From positions 120,001 through 152,000 of the forward strand of contig OY969931.1 of NCBI GenBank assembly GCA_963704705.1: a stretch of DNA of 32,000 nt. The letters run 5' to 3'. The notes beneath the pieces were generated by a model. That model was not told the origin of the DNA, did not search any database, and saw nothing but the letters and a program-made list of their open reading frames with translations. Made by a program: the position numbers and the translations under genes. This DNA is from an uncultured bacterium. Lineage in GTDB: Bacteria; Patescibacteriota; Gracilibacteria; UBA1369; PNNO01. Positions 27,328 through 32,000 of this stretch are shown in pieces; position 1 is the stretch's first letter; each line of letters opens with the position of its first letter.

Positions 27328-27618
27328 TTATGCTTCAGTAGCTACTTCAGATCCTTCTGGTTCAACAATTCTAAGATTTACCCTAGCATTGTTTTTAGAA
27401 CCAATGACCCTTAGTAGTATACGCAAAGACTTAGCGGTTTGTCCACTTTTACCAATGATTTTTCCCATGTCGTCTTTTGCAACCTGCAAAGTGATGAGCA
27501 CTCCCATTTCATCAACATCACGAGTGACTTTTACTTCATCAGGATTGTCAACGATCATTTTTACGACATGTTCGATAAAATCGCGGTCAGGACCTTCGCT
27601 TTCTTTAGTAGGGTTCAT
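27328..27618 (-). CDS. khpA: KH-domain RNA-binding protein
   Basis: FIEHVVKMIVDNPDEV...VAKDDMGKIIGKSGQTAKSLRILLRV (GxxG loop), located next to rpsP. Confidence 0.92.
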   Translation of the reverse strand: MNPTKESEGPDRDFIEHVVKMIVDNPDEVKVTRDVDEMGVLITLQVAKDDMGKIIGKSGQTAKSLRILLRVIGSKNNARVNLRIVEPEGSEVATEA

Positions 27619-27666
27619 AACAGTATGGTTTTAGGTTTAGAGAGGTATAGATTTAAGATGAATAGC

Positions 27667-28131
27667 TTATTCCTTTTTTTCTTCTTCAGGATTGTCGGCA
27701 GGCGCTGGCTCCTCGGCAGGCGCTGGCTCCTCAGCAGGCGCTGGCTCCTCGGCAGGCGCTGGTGCAGCTGCCGCTTCTTCTTCAGATTTCGCTTCACTTG
27801 CTTTGCTCGTTCCAGAGGCCTCCGCTGTCGCTTCGTCCTGTTCTTTCTTTTTCTTCTTCTTTTTGTCTTTTGGTTCAATATATTGTTCTAGTCCGGTCAT
27901 TCCGGCATTCTTTAATAATGAAGCAACGGTGTCTGATGGTTTAGCACCTTTAGAAATCCATTCCCTAATTTTTTCCTGATCAAATTCGAGCACTTTTGGA
28001 TCGCGGATTGGAATATAATGTCCAACTACATCAATGAATTTTCCTTTTACTGGCCTTGCATGTTCTGCAACTACGATTCTGTATGAAGGGTAATTTTTTC
28101 TACCAGTTCGAGATAGTCTGATTCTAAGCAA
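27667..28131 (-). CDS. rpsP: 30S ribosomal protein S16 with Lys-rich and Pro/Ala/Glu-rich C-terminal extension
   Basis: MLRIRLSRTGRKNYPSYRIVVAEHARPVKGKFIDVVGHYIP...REWISKGAKPSDTVASLLKNAG; ~70-residue tail KKKKKKKEQDE...PAPAEEPAPAEEPAPAEEPAPADNPEEEKKE. Confidence 0.97.
   Translation of the reverse strand: MLRIRLSRTGRKNYPSYRIVVAEHARPVKGKFIDVVGHYIPIRDPKVLEFDQEKIREWISKGAKPSDTVASLLKNAGMTGLEQYIEPKDKKKKKKKEQDEATAEASGTSKASEAKSEEEAAAAPAPAEEPAPAEEPAPAEEPAPADNPEEEKKE
27695..27766 (-). repeat. 18-bp tandem repeat, 4 copies, inside the rpsP tail
   Basis: TCGGCAGGCGCTGGCTCC at 27695, 27713, 27731 (one substitution) and 27749 (3' end diverged). Confidence 0.9.
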
Positions 28132-28223
28132 TTTTTCCTTTAGTTATGTGAATAATAAATATTTGTGCCCTTTAAAAGGCGCTTCTAGTTTATCTAACTT
28201 TTATGCAAAGTCAAGTTTTTATT

Positions 28224-29059
28224 TCATAGCCTGTAGCCGGCTAATTTATATTTTCTGAATTTTTTATCTATCATCGTGTCGCCCTGATGCTCAAGCTCAT
28301 GATGGCCTTTGCAAAGCGCTTCGAGTTCTTCGTGCTTTTTAAATATCGCCCATGGTTTGGGATGATGGATTTCTTCAGCAGGTTTGTTGCATCCGGGAAT
28401 TGAACAAAGGCCATTTGTTTTTTTAAAGCTTCGCGTTTTTGTTTTGCTGAAGCCTGCCGCGATTTTGGATTTGCAGGTTTTGGATTTTTTTGAGGACGCG
28501 GTTCGGGAATCGCCGCAAGACGACTAAATACATCATTCCAGGTTGTGCCTTTGCCCATTTTTTGCTTGATTATTTTAAGCTTTAGAATGATTTTAGGATC
28601 AAGTTTTGCAGCAAAAGTTTCATAATTATTGTCAAAAATTGCTACTTGTTGTGGGGTAGGTTTACCTGGCCCGGGCCAGGAATCTTTGATATGTAATTCT
28701 AGCGCTGGTTTTGACATTTTTTGAACTTTTTCAACCCATTCATTTTCTGTTTCTTTGTTTGCTATGCAAACTACTCTTCTTAATTTGCTTAAACCCACTT
28801 TTGGTAATAAAGCTTTTAATTTCGGCATGTCTTTTAATTTTTCATCAACTCGGATCACATCATCAACCATTGTATGGCTTACCCCGCAAAGCTTAGCCGC
28901 ATATTCATAAATCGACCCAAAACTATACTTTTTATATAGATGTCTTTTATAAACTTCCGGCAAAGCTGCTATAAACTTTTTTCTGCCTTCAAGGCTTTGC
29001 GCGCCCGAATTCTTACACCATCCATGTAGTTCTTTATTATCCATTTTTTCAAAATCCAT
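28224..29059 (-). CDS. HNH endonuclease-like protein requiring a -1 frameshift at A7 (T7 on + strand, 28418-28424)
   Basis: ORF track gives 28271..29059 with an uninformative tail; shifting -1 after ...REALKK gives TNGLCSIPGCNKPAEEIHHPKPWAIFKKHEELEALCKGHHELEHQGDTMIDKKFRKYKLAGYRL-stop (TGA complement 28224-28226), a full C-x4-C / HH / CxxHH HNH-type domain. Confidence 0.8.
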
Positions 29060-29154
29060 AATTATATTTGTTAACTTTTATGTCAAAATTATACAAAATA
29101 TATCAAGAGATTTCCAGCATTTTAACTGGACTTTTCGAGATAAATGGTGTGCTT

Positions 29155-29439
29155 TTACTCACCTAAATTTCTAATGTTTATTTTTTTAACTAAATCGATA
29201 CGTTTTATTATTTCTACCCGCCGCATATGCAAAACCGATGCCCAGGAAGACCCTCGTGCCTCAACTTTTAAAACACCATCTTTAAATGAGCGTGGAATCA
29301 AATACTGAACAGCTTCATCGCCTATAACCTCCCGCGCTACTTTTTTATATTCATTGATTACATTGATCGCGCGAAATTCCGAAGCCAAGCCAGCCTTATT
29401 TACACTAACTCCGATTATGTCTTTTAACTGCTTAAACAT
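29155..29439 (-). CDS. DUF721/DciA-like protein
   Basis: INEYKKVAREVIGDEAVQYLIPRSFKDGVLKVEARGSSWASVLHMRRVEIIKRIDLV resembles the DciA/DUF721 core. Confidence 0.65.
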   Translation of the reverse strand: MFKQLKDIIGVSVNKAGLASEFRAINVINEYKKVAREVIGDEAVQYLIPRSFKDGVLKVEARGSSWASVLHMRRVEIIKRIDLVKKINIRNLGE

Positions 29440-30551
29440 TCCAGATATAAATTATGTGTAAGTTCCGCCATAGTCTGCCATGAAAATTCACCAACCCTTA
29501 TTAAACCTTTGCGCACCAATTCTTCCTGCATGGCTCTATCTTTATATAATGCAAAAATTACCTGCGCCATATCGTGATGGTCTTTTGGATTGAAAAAAGC
29601 CGCATTACCTTTTCCGCAAACTTCAGGAATTGATGAAGCCTCAGATGCTGCAACAGGTGTGCCGCATGCCATTGCTTCCAAAGGCGGCAATCCAAATCCT
29701 TCATATAATGAAGGGAATACATAAATTGAAGCAGCATTATATAAATCGACCAGTTCATTTTCTTCAACCAGCCCTGTGAAAACAACACTATCTTCAATGC
29801 CGAGTTCTTTTGGAAGGGCTTTAACTTCCGGATAATATGGATCTTCTTTTCCTGTAATTACCAATTTAATATCATCACTTGTCAGTCCGCGGATTTCTTT
29901 AAATGCTTTTAGCATATTTGGAATATTTTTATGAGACCGCCACACGCCCGTATATAAAAAGAACGGCGATCCAGCCAAGCCATATTTTTCCAAAGTTTTT
30001 TTAATGCGGATTGGATCATCGATTTTTTTGAATTCATCAGAAACACCCTGGTAAATAACTTCGATTTTTTCTTCGGGGGTTCCAAGAAGTTCTTTTAAGT
30101 CTTTTTTGCTGTTTTGAGAGATGGTTATTATTTTTTTTGCTTTATTAACAGCTGAACGCAAAGTAATGGCATATCCAAAACGATGAAAAATCGAACGTTT
30201 TTTATTGCCGGGATAAAACGAAAGCGTTAAGTCGTGGATTGTCACAATTGAAGTTCCTTTATAAAAAATTGGCGCATTAAAATGTGTAAAATGCATTAAG
30301 TCCAGTTTGTACTTTTTAAGAATTTTGTTGAAGTGTGTCTGTTCCCTTAAACTGTAAATTGGGGCATCGGCCAATACTTTTTTAAATCTTGGAGAAGGGG
30401 AATGGTAGTCGTCAAATTCAGGTTTATTGAGAAAAAGATAATAATCATTATCGTCATTCATCTTTGCAATACGGTCGGTTAATTCAAAGACATATCTGCC
30501 AATTCCCGTGAATTTACTTGAATATATTCTACAATCAATCCCGATTTTCAT
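29424..30551 (-). CDS. GT4-family glycosyltransferase
   Basis: MKIGIDCRIYSSKFTGIGRYVFEL...FLYTGVWRSHKNIPNMLKAF...VFTGLVEENELVDLYNAASIYVFPSLYEGFGLPPLEAMACGTPVAAS. Confidence 0.95.
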   Translation of the reverse strand: MKIGIDCRIYSSKFTGIGRYVFELTDRIAKMNDDNDYYLFLNKPEFDDYHSPSPRFKKVLADAPIYSLREQTHFNKILKKYKLDLMHFTHFNAPIFYKGTSIVTIHDLTLSFYPGNKKRSIFHRFGYAITLRSAVNKAKKIITISQNSKKDLKELLGTPEEKIEVIYQGVSDEFKKIDDPIRIKKTLEKYGLAGSPFFLYTGVWRSHKNIPNMLKAFKEIRGLTSDDIKLVITGKEDPYYPEVKALPKELGIEDSVVFTGLVEENELVDLYNAASIYVFPSLYEGFGLPPLEAMACGTPVAASEASSIPEVCGKGNAAFFNPKDHHDMAQVIFALYKDRAMQEELVRKGLIRVGEFSWQTMAELTHNLYLECLSS

Positions 30552-30581
30552 AGTAATTTAGATAAGGATTTTAAATTTTAC

Positions 30582-30610
30582 TTGAGTTTCATTTAAAAGT
30601 ATATTAAATT
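30582..30610 (+). promoter_or_regulatory. Candidate sigma70-like promoter for tRNA-Asp
   Basis: TTGAGT (30582-30587), 17-nt spacer, TAAATT (30605-30610), about 20 nt before the tRNA. Weak in an AT-rich background. Confidence 0.3.
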
Positions 30611-30630
30611 TAGTCGTGCTTTTACAACTC

Positions 30631-30707
30631 GGGGTGGTAGTTCAGTTGGTTAGAACGCCTGCCTGTCACGCAGGAGGTCGCGAGTTCAAGTCTCGTCCAT
30701 CCCGCCA
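30631..30707 (+). tRNA. tRNA-Asp (anticodon GTC), CCA encoded
   Basis: GGGGTGG/CCATCCC acceptor, CCTGC-CTGTCAC-GCAGG anticodon arm, GTTCAAG T loop, discriminator G then CCA. Confidence 0.97.
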
Positions 30708-30805
30708 TTCAATTCCACTTGCTACGAGTGGAACCTCTTTGAGGTTTCATCGAGTAGGAAGAGAATTAATCTCGAGCTCGAAGAGCGAGAGGCAAAATAG
30801 TCAGT

Positions 30806-31636
30806 TTATTCCAATAATTTAAAGCTTCCTTTAACTTTCAAAAATTCATCTTCTGAAAGCTGATAACTATCTGGAGTTCCCCCGCTAGTTTGTTTAACTG
30901 CGAGAATGTATAATGCTCCATCCTTATTAATTGTCCCCATCCTATCATCTTCAAATCCAACACCCGCTAAATCTGCATCTTTTAATTTGCTTGCAATTTC
31001 AGGAGTAGCATTTTCAGCAATTACCTCATATCTATTTTCTCCAGTTAAATTTAGGTCTCCTTTTTCGCTCATTCCTGGCATATACTTTTTTATTATACTT
31101 GAGGTTACTTCTTTATCTTTTATTTTTTGAGGATAAAGAACGATAGTATCTCCTTCAATAACATCAAATTCATCTAAATTTTCTGACAATATATCGTCTA
31201 TTATGCTTTGTGGAGCATTGCTCAAAAGCCTAAATTCGTCGATTGTTTTATTATTAACTTTTTCCAAAATTTCTTCATATTCTTGATTTGGAAAAATTTC
31301 CGATAACGTTTTTGCTGTTGATTCTTCATCAATAACAAGTTTCGGATCAACAAATACTAATTTATTAGCAATTTTATCCCATTCATCATTTGTATATACT
31401 TCAATTGAAAGAAATCCATTACCATTAAGTAGAAAACCTATAGTTTGAACTGCTTCAGGAGGGATGGGATTATTATCAACATTCGTTGTATATCCTTTTG
31501 CTGATTCAGGAAGTTCAATTTGAAATCCAAATTCATCATTTTGATATACAGTATTTTCATTAGGTTGAGAAACCCCACAACCAACCATTCCAAATATCAG
31601 AATAGTTAAAGCCGACAATGAAATTATTTTATTCAT
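30806..31636 (-). CDS. Hypothetical lipoprotein
   Basis: MNKIISLSALTILIFGMVGCGVSQP... lipobox-like MVGC; otherwise unrecognised soluble protein. Confidence 0.75.
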   Translation of the reverse strand: MNKIISLSALTILIFGMVGCGVSQPNENTVYQNDEFGFQIELPESAKGYTTNVDNNPIPPEAVQTIGFLLNGNGFLSIEVYTNDEWDKIANKLVFVDPKLVIDEESTAKTLSEIFPNQEYEEILEKVNNKTIDEFRLLSNAPQSIIDDILSENLDEFDVIEGDTIVLYPQKIKDKEVTSSIIKKYMPGMSEKGDLNLTGENRYEVIAENATPEIASKLKDADLAGVGFEDDRMGTINKDGALYILAVKQTSGGTPDSYQLSEDEFLKVKGSFKLLE

Positions 31637-31742
31637 AATAAGTAGGATTAATATATTATTTAAAACTTTAAATGATAAAATTCATTACATGAACATTATA
31701 ACATAAAAAAAGTTCTGATTTCGTTTACTACGTTCCGCCACT

Positions 31743-31772
31743 AAAAATCACTTATTTATTAAGTGGTTTTTT
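31743..31772. terminator. Bidirectional terminator-like hairpin
   Basis: AAAAATCACTTA-TTTAT-TAAGTGGTTTTTT; A-tract left, T-tract right. Confidence 0.7.
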
Positions 31773-32000
31773 ATTATTGATAATTTCAAAACATAATACC
31801 CGCTAAAGCATGCAAAGAAGGTATTTAGCCAAAAGAATATCCAGTTCATTTCTATATAACTGAACACTGCGATTAATATGCTGCCGAGTGTAAGTGCAAG
31901 ATTTCTTCTGACAGTGCCCATTTGAAGTGCGTAACCGAGTCCAACTCCGGTTAATCCTAAAATGAAAATTATAGTGTTGTAATTTTCAAAAAGATAAAGT
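31748..32000 (-). CDS. Small membrane protein, partial (5' end outside window)
   Basis: Manual reverse translation: ...LYLFENYNTIIFILGLTGVGLGYALQMGTVRRNLALTLGSILIAVFSYIEMNWIFFWLNTFFACFSGYYVLKLSIIKNHLINK-stop; stop lies in the terminator hairpin. Confidence 0.65.
   Translation of the reverse strand, partial: LYLFENYNTIIFILGLTGVGLGYALQMGTVRRNLALTLGSILIAVFSYIEMNWIFFWLNTFFACFSGYYVLKLSIIKNHLINK

Noticed and set aside
27439-27979. + strand ORFs opposite rpsP/khpA
   Set aside because: Opposite conserved ribosomal protein and KH domain frames; repetitive RR/GAGSS composition arises from the repeat.
1-32000. CRISPR array, rRNA operon, transposase or toxin-antitoxin/restriction system
   Set aside because: No direct-repeat/spacer pattern, no rRNA sequence and no recognisable transposase or defence gene set was seen; the single HNH protein is not accompanied by partners.
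1-32000. UGA reassignment as in Gracilibacteria/Absconditabacteria
   Set aside because: prfB is present and conserved proteins terminate at TGA (for example prfB itself), without in-frame TGA inside conserved domains.

Overview
Gene-dense, mostly AT-rich bacterial chromosome segment. The mixture of families (Mbov_0395/TrbC-like pilin, PolA-type 5' nuclease without a polymerase domain, short AT-rich leaders, extreme compaction) looks like a CPR/Patescibacteria genome, possibly Peregrinibacteria; this taxonomic call is inference. prfB and many TGA stops argue for the standard bacterial code. Recognisable content: partial ribD, YihY family protein, OmpR-type wHTH protein, S41 peptidase, YmdB, a GC-rich M23 peptidase, PcrA/UvrD, L,D-transpeptidase, nrdR, dGTPase, transglutaminase-like protein, Xer recombinase, Wzx-type flippase, prfB-def, FemAB-like protein, ftsA-ftsZ, 5'-3' exonuclease, pilin-like protein, khpA, rpsP, HNH protein with an internal frameshift, DciA/DUF721-like protein, GT4 glycosyltransferase and tRNA-Asp. 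No CRISPR, rRNA, transposase or classic defence island was seen. Best second-look items: (a) a ~4.7 kb block (18.06-22.78 kb) of uncharacterised proteins with two OmpA-C-like signatures but no visible signal peptide or TM segment, one gene apparently split by a stop and a frameshift; (b) an HNH gene whose catalytic domain is reached only by a -1 shift on an A7 run; (c) three TACTWAGTA motifs at exact 19-bp spacing and a leader structure over the prfB start; (d) a GC-rich M23-golvesin-like gene with its own 3' hairpin; (e) a standalone 5' nuclease ending in a beta-clamp-like QESLF; (f) a GT5-like C-terminal half-domain protein.
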